40,327 nt of DNA from an uncultured Anaerolineales bacterium (GCA_965370435.1 CBDUUP010000002.1:1-40327), one strand, 5' to 3'; positions 15,908-23,743 are shown, numbered from the stretch's first letter. The notes: a model not told the origin generated them from the letters alone. Numbers and translations: made by a program.

Positions 15908-15942
15908 GTCGTAGGGGCGCAGCATTGCTGCGCCCCTACGAC
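15908..15942. repeat. REP-like palindrome, CGTAGGGGCGCAGC family (16-bp stem, 3-nt loop)
   Basis: GTCGTAGGGGCGCAGC (15908-15923), ATT, GCTGCGCCCCTACGAC (15927-15942). Located 4 nt after the stop at 15904. No T-tract follows. Confidence 0.85.
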
Positions 15943-15961
15943 CTGCTGATTAAAATTAATT

Positions 15962-16825
15962 ATGACAGAAGACACCGAAGTTAAACAGAACGTGCGCCAA
16001 TTTTACGACCAGGTCGGCTGGCAGGAGGTCGAGGGGGGCGTGTACCAGAACGCCCTCTTTGAAGACCTGCGCCCGGTCTCGCAGGCGTACGTCCATCGCT
16101 GCCACATGCGCATCCCTCGCCACATCCGCCCCCGCGGGCGTTTCCTGCTGGACGCCGGTTCCGGCCCGGTGCAGTACCCGGAATACCAGACCTATTCGCA
16201 GGGATACGATTACCGGGTCTGCGCCGACATTTCAATCGTCGCCTTGCAAGAAGCCCGGCAGCGCATCGGCGATCACGGACTGTTCGTTGTGGCTGATGTC
16301 GCCAACCTGCCTTTCAAGCGGGAGGCCTTCGAGGGCGTGGTTTCCATGCACACCATCCACCACCTGCCTCCCGACGACCACCTCCAGGCCTATGACGGGC
16401 TGTATCGGGTGTTAGCTCCGGGCTGCGCCGCGGCGGTGGTCAACGGCTGGCAGGACGCGCCCCTGATGAAGTTCCTCAAGCCTCTCGTGCGCCTGTCCAA
16501 ACGCGCTCGAAGAGGCCTCAACCGCAGGCTGGGCCAGACCCAAACGCCCAACCCGGATACCCAACCCACGCCCCAGCAAGGCCTCCGCGGCAAGACCTTC
16601 GTGAAGAAGTACGACGCTGCCTGGCTCAAGCGAGAACTGGGATCCCGGATGGCGGTTGAGATTTGGGTCTGGCGGAGCGTGAGCGTGCGCTTCATGCGCA
16701 TCTTCATTCACCGTTGGCTGGGTGGGCGGCTGTTCCTATGGCTGCTCTTCTGGATAGAAGAGCGATTCCCCCATTTCTTCGGCGAGAAGGGGCAGTATCC
16801 GTTGATCGTGATCCGTAAACCTTGA
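15962..16825 (+). CDS. Class I SAM-dependent methyltransferase with a hydrophobic C-terminal tail
   Basis: LLDAGSGPVQ (motif I), VADVANLPF..FEGVVSMHTIHHL, and LYRVLAPGC. C-terminal segment LGGRLFLWLLFWI. Confidence 0.75.
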   Translation: MTEDTEVKQNVRQFYDQVGWQEVEGGVYQNALFEDLRPVSQAYVHRCHMRIPRHIRPRGRFLLDAGSGPVQYPEYQTYSQGYDYRVCADISIVALQEARQRIGDHGLFVVADVANLPFKREAFEGVVSMHTIHHLPPDDHLQAYDGLYRVLAPGCAAAVVNGWQDAPLMKFLKPLVRLSKRARRGLNRRLGQTQTPNPDTQPTPQQGLRGKTFVKKYDAAWLKRELGSRMAVEIWVWRSVSVRFMRIFIHRWLGGRLFLWLLFWIEERFPHFFGEKGQYPLIVIRKP

Positions 16826-16829
16826 TGTG

Positions 16830-16860
16830 CGTAGGGACGAGTCTGAGACCCGCCCCTACG
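16830..16860. repeat. REP-like palindrome, variant of the CGTAGGGGCG family
   Basis: CGTAGGGACGAGTC, TGA, GACCCGCCCCTACG: a 14-bp stem with two A.C mismatches. Located 5 nt after the stop at 16825. Confidence 0.7.
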
Positions 16861-16879
16861 GATAGAATTTGGAGAAAGT

Positions 16880-17887
16880 ATGAACTGGAATGATAAAGTT
16901 GTCCTCGTCACCGGCGGGACCGGTTCGTTCGGCAAGAAGTTTGTGGAGATCATGCTGGACGAATACCGCCCTGAAAAAGTGATCGTCTTCAGCCGGGACG
17001 AACTCAAGCAGCATGAGATGCGCACCGCCGGTTTCGACCAGCCCAACTTGCGTTATTTCATCGGCGACGTGCGCGACCAACAACGTCTGCGCCGGGCCAT
17101 GGATGGAGTGGACGTGGTGGTGCACGCCGCCGCGCTCAAGCAGGTCCCCGCCTGCGAGTACAACCCTATGGAGGCCATCAAGACCAACATCCTGGGAAGC
17201 AGCAACGTGGTGGAAGCCGCGCTGGATGCCGGGGTGAGCAAAGTGTTGGCTTTGAGCACCGATAAGGCGGTCAACCCGGTCAACCTGTATGGGGCTACCA
17301 AGCTGGCCGCCGAGAAGCTGGTGGTGCAGAGCAACGCCTACGCGGGCGGCAAGGTCACCCGCTATAGCTGCGTCCGTTATGGCAATGTGGTCGGCAGCCG
17401 GGGCAGCGTGGTTCCGCTGTTCCTCAAGCAGCGCGAGCAAGGCAAAGTCACCGTCACCGATGAGCGCATGACCCGCTTCTGGGTCTCGTTGGAGCAGGGT
17501 GTGCGTTTTGTGATCCGCTGCATCGAACAGATGCACGGCGGAGAGGTCTTCGTGCCCAAGATCCCCAGTACCACCACCGTGGACTTGGCCAGGGCCATCG
17601 CCCCGGAAGCGGAAATAGACTTCATCGGCATCCGTCCCGGCGAGAAGCTGCACGAGGTGTTGATCTCGGAGGACGAGGCCCGGGGAACCGTGGAACTTGA
17701 CGATATGTTCGTGGTGCAGCCGGTGCAGGCATTATGGTTCGGGTACGAATGGCGGGAGCTTGGCAAACCGCTGCCGGATGGTTTCCGCTACGCCAGCGAT
17801 ACCAATGAGGAACGGCTCAATCTCGACCAGATTCGAGAGATGGTCGCCCCCATCGAAGCGGCCTACAACGACGGGAGCTTAGCTTGA
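16880..17887 (+). CDS. UDP-N-acetylglucosamine 4,6-dehydratase, PseB/FlaA1/CapE-FnlA-like
   Basis: KVVLVTGGTGSFGKKFVE, VFSRDELKQHEM, GDVRD, and YGATKLAAEKL. About 335 aa, typical for this subfamily. Confidence 0.85.
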   Translation: MNWNDKVVLVTGGTGSFGKKFVEIMLDEYRPEKVIVFSRDELKQHEMRTAGFDQPNLRYFIGDVRDQQRLRRAMDGVDVVVHAAALKQVPACEYNPMEAIKTNILGSSNVVEAALDAGVSKVLALSTDKAVNPVNLYGATKLAAEKLVVQSNAYAGGKVTRYSCVRYGNVVGSRGSVVPLFLKQREQGKVTVTDERMTRFWVSLEQGVRFVIRCIEQMHGGEVFVPKIPSTTTVDLARAIAPEAEIDFIGIRPGEKLHEVLISEDEARGTVELDDMFVVQPVQALWFGYEWRELGKPLPDGFRYASDTNEERLNLDQIREMVAPIEAAYNDGSLA

Positions 17888-18804
17888 TGCGTTTATTGGT
17901 CACCGGCAGCAGCGGTTTATTGGGGTCTAACCTCTCCCTGGAGGCGGTGAAGCAGGGCCACGAGGTCTACGGCGTGGACCGCAATCCGTTGAACACCGAG
18001 ATTTTCAACCAACACCGTGCAGACCTTTTGGATCCAGGCGCGGTGGCGGAGGCCTTCGCCCAGATCAAGCCGGACTGGGTCGTTCACTGCGCCGCTCTCG
18101 CCAATCTGGAAGCCTGTGAAGCCGACCCCGACCTGGCCCATCAGATGAACGCGGACATGGCCGGGACTGTGGCGGCGGAGGCGGCCAAAGCTGGGGCGCG
18201 GATGGTGCATATTTCCACCGATGCAGTCTTTGATGGGATACGCGGCGGCTACGTTGAGACCGACGCACCCAACCCCCTCGGCGTTTACGCCCGGACCAAA
18301 TTGGCCGGGGAACATGCCGTGGCGGCTGCCCATCCAGAAGCCATCATCGCCCGGGTGAACTTCTACGGCTGGAGTCCAACCGGGGACCGCAGCCTGGCCG
18401 AGTTCTTCTTCAATAACATCTCGGCCGGGAAGAAAGTGAACGGCTTCACCGATCGTTACTTTTGCCCTATGCTGGTCAACGACCTGGTCCAAATCCTGAT
18501 GCAGATGTTGGAAGCCGGATTGCAAGGAATTTATCACACAGTCAGCGCTGAGCCGTTGAGCAAATATGCTTTCGGCCTCGTCATCGCCCGGCGGTTCGGG
18601 CTGGATGAGACCTTGATTCAGCCAATTGAATACACGCCCAGCGACCAGAACGCGGCCCGCTCCCCCAACCTGACCATGAACACCGGCAAGCTGGTCGGAG
18701 CTTTGGGCGAAGCCCCGCCCACCGTCATCTCAGGCATCCAACGCCTGTATGACTTATATAAGGAAGACTACCCGCAGAAACTGCGAGCGATGCTTAAAAA
18801 CTGA
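17887..18804 (+). CDS. RmlD-like (dTDP-4-dehydrorhamnose reductase family) NAD(P)H sugar 4-ketoreductase
   Basis: MRLLVTGSSGLLGSNL, HCAALANLEACE, and YARTKLAGE. The ATG overlaps the upstream TGA; the track start TTG 17884 is an alternative. Confidence 0.75.
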   Translation: MRLLVTGSSGLLGSNLSLEAVKQGHEVYGVDRNPLNTEIFNQHRADLLDPGAVAEAFAQIKPDWVVHCAALANLEACEADPDLAHQMNADMAGTVAAEAAKAGARMVHISTDAVFDGIRGGYVETDAPNPLGVYARTKLAGEHAVAAAHPEAIIARVNFYGWSPTGDRSLAEFFFNNISAGKKVNGFTDRYFCPMLVNDLVQILMQMLEAGLQGIYHTVSAEPLSKYAFGLVIARRFGLDETLIQPIEYTPSDQNAARSPNLTMNTGKLVGALGEAPPTVISGIQRLYDLYKEDYPQKLRAMLKN

Positions 18805-18807
18805 TCC

Positions 18808-18824
18808 ACCACAGAGACACAGAG
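18808..18824. repeat. Solo arm of the CACAGAGA hairpin element
   Basis: ACCACAGAGACACAGAG is identical to 9306-9322. No complementary arm lies nearby. Located 4 nt after the stop at 18804. Confidence 0.7.
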
Positions 18825-18846
18825 AACAACAAACTTAATTTACTAT

Positions 18847-18895
18847 CCACTGACCACTACCCACTGACAACTGCCTACTGCCTACTGACAACTGG
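18847..18895. repeat. Seven in-phase heptamers (CCACTGA-type tandem array)
   Basis: CCACTGA CCACTAC CCACTGA CAACTGC CTACTGC CTACTGA CAACTGG. The array ends in the GGAG RBS of the 18903 gene. Confidence 0.75.
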
Positions 18896-18902
18896 AGCGC
18901 CT

Positions 18903-19970
18903 ATGGAAATAAAAATTGGAGACCGCCTCATCGGCCTTGACCACCCCACCTACTTCATCGCCGACGTAGCTGCCAACCACGACGGCGATCTGGAGCGCGC
19001 CAAGATGCTGATCCGTCTGGCGGCGGAAGCTGGGTCCGATGCGGCCAAATTTCAGAACTTCCGCGGCCCCCAGATCGTCTCCGATTACGGATTCAGAGCC
19101 TTAGGCGGGCAGCTCTCCCACCAGGCGAGTTGGAAGAAGAGCGTGGTGGAGGTTTATGATGACGCCTCCATCCCTTTCGAGTGGACCCAGCATCTGGCCG
19201 AGGAGTGCAGCCAGGCGGGTCTGGATTATATTTCGTCTCCCTACGACGACGAAGCCATTGAAATGCTGGATCCCTACCTCCCGGCTTATAAGGCTGGTTC
19301 GGGGCTGATGTCCTGGCCGAGCGGCATAGTCCGCATGGCCGAGAAGGGCAAGCCCATCCTGATCGCCACCGGGGCGGCGGACCTCAGCGACGTGGTGCGG
19401 GCGGTGCGGATGGTGCGGGAGGTCAACGACCAGATCGTGCTGATGCAGTGCAACACCAATTACACTGCCAGCGACGAAAATTACGACCACCTGCACCTCA
19501 ATGTGCTCAAGACCTACGCCTCCCTTTTCCCCGACGTGGTTCTGGGCCTTTCCGACCACACCCACAGCGTCGCGCCGGTGTTGGGCGCAGTGACGCTGGG
19601 CGCAAGAGTGATCGAGCGCCACTTCACCGACGACAACGACCGCGAAGGGCCGGATCATAAATTTGCCCTGAACCCCGAAACCTGGGCCAACATGGTCGCA
19701 GAAACCCGCATCCTGGAACGCGCCTTAGGCTCGGCGGACAAGTTCGTGGCCGGGAACGAGAAAGACACTTATGTCGTGCAGCGACGCTGCCTGCGAGCGG
19801 CGCGGGACATCCAGGCCGGTGAAACCCTCACCCCGGAGATGGTGGAGGCCCTGCGCCCCGCCACGCCCGGCGCCATCCCGCCCTACGAGATCGAAAACGT
19901 GATCGGAACCCGCGCCCTGACCGACCTCCCTTTCGGCAAAGACCTGCGCTGGACGGATTTGGGCGTTTAA
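18903..19970 (+). CDS. NeuB-family nonulosonic/sialic acid synthase-like protein (SpsE/PseI/LegI-like) with a SAF domain
   Basis: HPTYFIADVAANHDGDLERAKMLIRLAAEAGSDAAKFQNF, VIERHFT..D..GPDH, and a C-terminal SAF-like segment (RAARDIQAGETLT). Confidence 0.8.
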   Translation: MEIKIGDRLIGLDHPTYFIADVAANHDGDLERAKMLIRLAAEAGSDAAKFQNFRGPQIVSDYGFRALGGQLSHQASWKKSVVEVYDDASIPFEWTQHLAEECSQAGLDYISSPYDDEAIEMLDPYLPAYKAGSGLMSWPSGIVRMAEKGKPILIATGAADLSDVVRAVRMVREVNDQIVLMQCNTNYTASDENYDHLHLNVLKTYASLFPDVVLGLSDHTHSVAPVLGAVTLGARVIERHFTDDNDREGPDHKFALNPETWANMVAETRILERALGSADKFVAGNEKDTYVVQRRCLRAARDIQAGETLTPEMVEALRPATPGAIPPYEIENVIGTRALTDLPFGKDLRWTDLGV

Positions 19971-19997
19971 CGTTCTAACGTTTAAACGTTTAACGAT
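19969..19997. repeat. Short tandem of ~8-nt units carrying the AACGTT palindrome
   Basis: AACGTT at 19969, 19977 and 19985, and AACGAT at 19992. This fills the whole 28-nt gap between the neuB-like and GT4 genes. Confidence 0.6.
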
Positions 19998-19998
19998 T

Positions 19999-21105
19999 AT
20001 GAGAGTACTGTACTTTACCAGAGACTACACTCCCCATGACCATCGCTTCTTGAGCGCGCTGGCGGGGACCGAGCATGAGGTGGTTTATCTGCGGCTGGAA
20101 CGGCGCGGGCGTCAATTGGAAGACCGCGCTTTGCCGCCGGAGGTCCAACAGGTATCCTGGGCGGGCGGGAAGTCCCCGGCGCGGCTGAGGGGCGGCCCCC
20201 GGCTGCTGCGCGGCCTCAAGCGAGTGATCGCTCAAGTCAAGCCCGACTTGATCCACGCCGGGCCGTTGCAGACGGTGGGCCTGCTGGCGGCGCTCTCCGG
20301 CTTCCATCCGCTGGTAACTATGCCCTGGGGTTCCGACCTGATGCTGGATGCGGATAAGGACGCCCGTTATCGCTGGGCGACGCGTTACGTCCTTCGGCGC
20401 AGCGACGTGATGGTAGGCGACTGCGAGGCCGTGCGCCAGAAGGCCATCGCCTTCGGCATGGAGGCTGACAGGATCGTCACCTTCCCCTGGGGCGTGGACT
20501 TGGCCCAATTCTCCCCCGGCGAGGACGGCGGCTTGCGCGCTCGCAAGGGCTGGGAAGAGAACTTCGTTCTGCTCTCCACTCGCTCCTGGGAGCCGGTCTA
20601 CGGCGTGGACGCGCTGGCCCGGGCCTTCGTCCTGGCCGCCCAACAGCGGCCCGAACTGCGCCTTTTCATGCTGGGAGGCGGTTCGCAGGCCGGATTGCTC
20701 CGCCAGATAGTCTCGCGGGGCGGCGTGCAGGACAAAGTGTACTTCCCCGGCCGGATCGGGCAGGATGACCTGCCCCGCTACTACCGGGCCGCCGACTTGT
20801 ACCTCAGCGCCTCCCACAGCGATGGCTCTTCGGTCTCGCTGATGGAGTCCCTGGCGTGCGGCTGCCCTGCGCTGGTCTCCGACATCCCCGGCAACCGCGA
20901 ATGGGTGACCCCCGGCCAGCAGGGCTGGCAGTTCCCCGACGGCGACCCGCAGGCCCTGGCGAAAGCTATCCTGCGTGCCGTGGAAGAACGCGGCCGCCTC
21001 CCGGAGATGGCCCAAGCCGCCCGCTCCCTGGCCGAAGACCGCGCCGACTGGAACAAGAACTTCAAGGAATTGTTGAGAGCTTATGAGATTGCTACGTCAG
21101 ATTAA
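19999..21105 (+). CDS. Glycosyltransferase family 4 (GT-B, GT1-superfamily)
   Basis: MRVLYFTRDYTPHDHRF N-terminus. The C-terminal domain has SHSDGSSVSLMESLACGCPALVSDIPGNREWV (EX7E-type motif). Confidence 0.85.
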   Translation: MRVLYFTRDYTPHDHRFLSALAGTEHEVVYLRLERRGRQLEDRALPPEVQQVSWAGGKSPARLRGGPRLLRGLKRVIAQVKPDLIHAGPLQTVGLLAALSGFHPLVTMPWGSDLMLDADKDARYRWATRYVLRRSDVMVGDCEAVRQKAIAFGMEADRIVTFPWGVDLAQFSPGEDGGLRARKGWEENFVLLSTRSWEPVYGVDALARAFVLAAQQRPELRLFMLGGGSQAGLLRQIVSRGGVQDKVYFPGRIGQDDLPRYYRAADLYLSASHSDGSSVSLMESLACGCPALVSDIPGNREWVTPGQQGWQFPDGDPQALAKAILRAVEERGRLPEMAQAARSLAEDRADWNKNFKELLRAYEIATSD

Positions 21106-21168
21106 CCACGAAGACACGAAGTCACTAAGAAAAAACAAAAAAACTTTGTGTCTTGGTGTCTTTGTGGT
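21105..21168. repeat. Hairpin repeat element, CACGAAGA/CACAAAGA subtype (~25-bp imperfect stem, A-rich loop)
   Basis: ACCACGAAGACACGAAGTCACTAAG, then AAAAAACAAAAAAA, then CTTTGTGTCTTGGTGTCTTTGTGGT. By hand alignment it is ~88% identical to the reverse complement of 31151-31210. It starts on the last base of the TAA stop. Confidence 0.8.
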
Positions 21169-21185
21169 AAGAAAATGAGAAACGA

Positions 21186-21950
21186 ATGACCAAACCAAGA
21201 ACCCTCGCCATCATCCAGGCCCGCATGGCCTCCCAACGCTTGCCCGGCAAAGTGTTAGCCGACATCGCCGGGCAGCCGATGCTGGCCTGGGTGGTGGAGC
21301 GCAGCCGCTTGGCCGAGACCCTGGATGGGGTGGCAGTGGCGACCACGGTTGACCCCTCCGATGACCCGGTGGCAGCGCTGTGCGAAGCCCGCGGCTGGGC
21401 CTACACTCGCGGCAGCATGCAAGACGTACTGGACCGCTACTACCAGGCCGCCAAACAGCATCAGGCTGAGGTCATCGTCCGCATCACCGCCGACTGCCCG
21501 TTGATGGACCCCGGATTGATTGACCACATGGTCAACATCTTTCTCTCCGCCGATCCGCCGCTGGACTTCGCCGCCAACCGCCTTCCGGAGGGGCGCACCT
21601 ATCCTATTGGCCTGGATATCGAGGTCTGCACTTTCGCGGCGCTGGAGACCGCCTGGCAGGAAGCGACCGCTCCCCACCAGCGCGAACACGTGATGCCTTT
21701 CCTCTACGAGAACCGGGAGCGCTTCAACGTGCTGCTGGTCCATCACCCGGAGGACTACGGCGCGCTGCGTTGGACGGTGGACACGCCCCAGGACCTGGAA
21801 GCGGTGCGCCAAATATTCGCCCACCTGGAAGGGCGGGAGGCGTTCACCTGGCTGGAAGCGCTGGAGGTCTACCGGCAAAACCCGTCCCTGGCCGAGATCA
21901 ACGCCTCGGTGAAACACAAATTTTATAGCGAAACAGAAGATATTAAGTAA
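21186..21950 (+). CDS. Cytidylyltransferase, SpsF/CTP_transf_3 family (CMP-sugar synthase-like)
   Basis: LAIIQARMASQRLPGKVLADIAGQPML is the canonical SpsF-type N-terminus. 254 aa. Confidence 0.8.
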   Translation: MTKPRTLAIIQARMASQRLPGKVLADIAGQPMLAWVVERSRLAETLDGVAVATTVDPSDDPVAALCEARGWAYTRGSMQDVLDRYYQAAKQHQAEVIVRITADCPLMDPGLIDHMVNIFLSADPPLDFAANRLPEGRTYPIGLDIEVCTFAALETAWQEATAPHQREHVMPFLYENRERFNVLLVHHPEDYGALRWTVDTPQDLEAVRQIFAHLEGREAFTWLEALEVYRQNPSLAEINASVKHKFYSETEDIK

Positions 21951-21968
21951 GATATTTTGTATAATCAG

Positions 21969-22844
21969 ATGCCTGAAACCGTCGAGAACTGCCTTTTGTG
22001 CAATAGCAACCAGAGCCGCCCTTTTGACCGGCGTCAATTCCGCGGCCATCCGGTGACCAACCGCCTCTGCGCCAACTGCGGTCTGGTCTACCAGTCCCCG
22101 CGCATGACCCCGGCGGAAATGGAGGCCTTCTACGAGGCCGAGTACCGGGACCTCTATCAAGGCGGAGAAGGCCCCGCCGAGAAAGACCTGGTCCAGCAGC
22201 GAGGCCGGGTCAAATCCCTGCTGGCCTTCGCCCAGAGACGGGTGAACGAGGTCAACCGCCACCTGGATATCGGCTGCTCCGCCGGGATCCTCTTGCAGGG
22301 GTTTCAGGGCGCGTATGACTCATCACCCGCCGGGGTGGAGCCGGGCGATGCTTACCGGGCCTACGCCCAGGCGAGCGGTTTGACGGTGTACGCCTCGCTG
22401 GAAGAACTCAAGGAAGGCCAGACGGAGCGGTTTGATCTGGTCAGCATGGCCCACGTGCTGGAGCACATCGGCGATCCGGTCGCCTATCTGGCCGACTTGC
22501 GGGAGAGCTTGCTCGCCCAGGATGGTTGGCTGCTCCTTGAAGTCCCCAACCTCTACGCCCACGACAGCTTCGAGGTGGCCCATAACGTATCGTTCAGCGC
22601 CCATACCTTGACCCAAACCCTGGCCCAGGCCGGATTCGAGACCGCCGCAATGAAGAAGCACGGCCAGCCGCGCTCCCAGCTTTTGCCGCTCTATCTGACC
22701 GCCCTGGCGCGCCCACTATCCGATCCGAAGCCCGTCCCGGTCCGACCCGAACGAAGCGTGGCCCTCAAACGGAAACTGGGCTTCTTACGCCGCCGCATCC
22801 TAACCCGTTTGGCTCCCCGCCGAGCCTGGATCAAACCCTCGTGA
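21969..22844 (+). CDS. Class I SAM-dependent methyltransferase with an N-terminal CxxC...CxxC zinc-ribbon
   Basis: CLLCNS...CANCGLVYQSP, then LDIGCSAG (motif I) and FDLVSMAHVLEHI. Start taken at ATG 21969; the track uses TTG 21957. Confidence 0.75.
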   Translation: MPETVENCLLCNSNQSRPFDRRQFRGHPVTNRLCANCGLVYQSPRMTPAEMEAFYEAEYRDLYQGGEGPAEKDLVQQRGRVKSLLAFAQRRVNEVNRHLDIGCSAGILLQGFQGAYDSSPAGVEPGDAYRAYAQASGLTVYASLEELKEGQTERFDLVSMAHVLEHIGDPVAYLADLRESLLAQDGWLLLEVPNLYAHDSFEVAHNVSFSAHTLTQTLAQAGFETAAMKKHGQPRSQLLPLYLTALARPLSDPKPVPVRPERSVALKRKLGFLRRRILTRLAPRRAWIKPS

Positions 22845-22848
22845 CAAC

Positions 22849-23742
22849 ATGACCTTTCTGACGATCTTCACCGCCCCCAAACCCTTCACCGACCCCCACG
22901 TTGCCACCATCCAGCGCAATGCGGTCCGATCCTGGCTGCAACTGGGGGATGACGTAGAAGTGCTGATGGTCGGCGACGAGGAAGGCATGGCCGAAGCCTC
23001 CGCCGAGATGGGAGTCCGCCACCTGACCGGCGTGGCCGTCAACGAGTACGGCACCCCGCTGGTCAGTTCGATCTTCGAGTTGGCCCGTCAAGCCAGCCAG
23101 GGGTCTTTGCTGGCCTACGTCAATGCCGACATCCTGCTCATGCCTGACCTGGTTGAGACTGCCCGCCGAGTCAGCCAGCAGACCGATGATTTCCTGATGG
23201 TCGGTCAGCGCTGGAACCTGAGCGTGGACCGGATATTGAATTTCGATGATGGCTGGGTGGGACGCCTGCGCGATGACGTGGCGCAGCGCGGCCAACTTCA
23301 TCTCCCCACCGGCAGCGATTATTTCATCTTCCCCCGCCGCCTGTATACCCAGATCCCCGATTTCGCCATCGGGCGGGCCGGTTGGGATAACTGGATGATC
23401 TACCACGGCTGCCAGCAGCCCTGGCCGGTGGTGGATACCACCCAATCGGCGATGGTAGTGCACCAGAGCCACGATTACGGCCACCTTCCCGGCGGCCGGG
23501 TGCATTACAAACTGGGTGAGACCGAGCGCAACGCCCAGTTGGGCGGCGGGCACGTGAATATGTATATCTTGTTGGATGCGGGCCACGAAATTGTGAACGG
23601 CAAGCTGCGCCCGGCCCGTCTCACCCCGGCGCGCCTGGTCCGGCGGGTGGAACTGCGCCTGACACCGCCCGACGACCAACGCCGCGGCCTGCGCTGGCGG
23701 GCGGTGCGCGGCCTTCGCCGCCTCCGCCGGAGGATGACTTAG
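22849..23742 (+). CDS. Conserved hypothetical protein, possibly a GT-A-like nucleotide-sugar transferase; Arg-rich C-terminus
   Basis: MTFLTIFTAPKPF..IQRNAVRSW N-terminus. An acidic YVNADIL segment could be a DxD analogue. The function is a guess. Confidence 0.3.
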   Translation: MTFLTIFTAPKPFTDPHVATIQRNAVRSWLQLGDDVEVLMVGDEEGMAEASAEMGVRHLTGVAVNEYGTPLVSSIFELARQASQGSLLAYVNADILLMPDLVETARRVSQQTDDFLMVGQRWNLSVDRILNFDDGWVGRLRDDVAQRGQLHLPTGSDYFIFPRRLYTQIPDFAIGRAGWDNWMIYHGCQQPWPVVDTTQSAMVVHQSHDYGHLPGGRVHYKLGETERNAQLGGGHVNMYILLDAGHEIVNGKLRPARLTPARLVRRVELRLTPPDDQRRGLRWRAVRGLRRLRRRMT

Positions 23743-23743
23743 C

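Noticed and set aside
16880-19970. Calling this block a complete pseudaminic acid (pseBCHGIF) pathway
   Set aside because: Only PseB-like and NeuB-like members are present. No PLP aminotransferase or PseG-type hydrolase is visible, and the dehydratase is coupled to an RmlD-like reductase instead. No pse gene symbols were therefore assigned.
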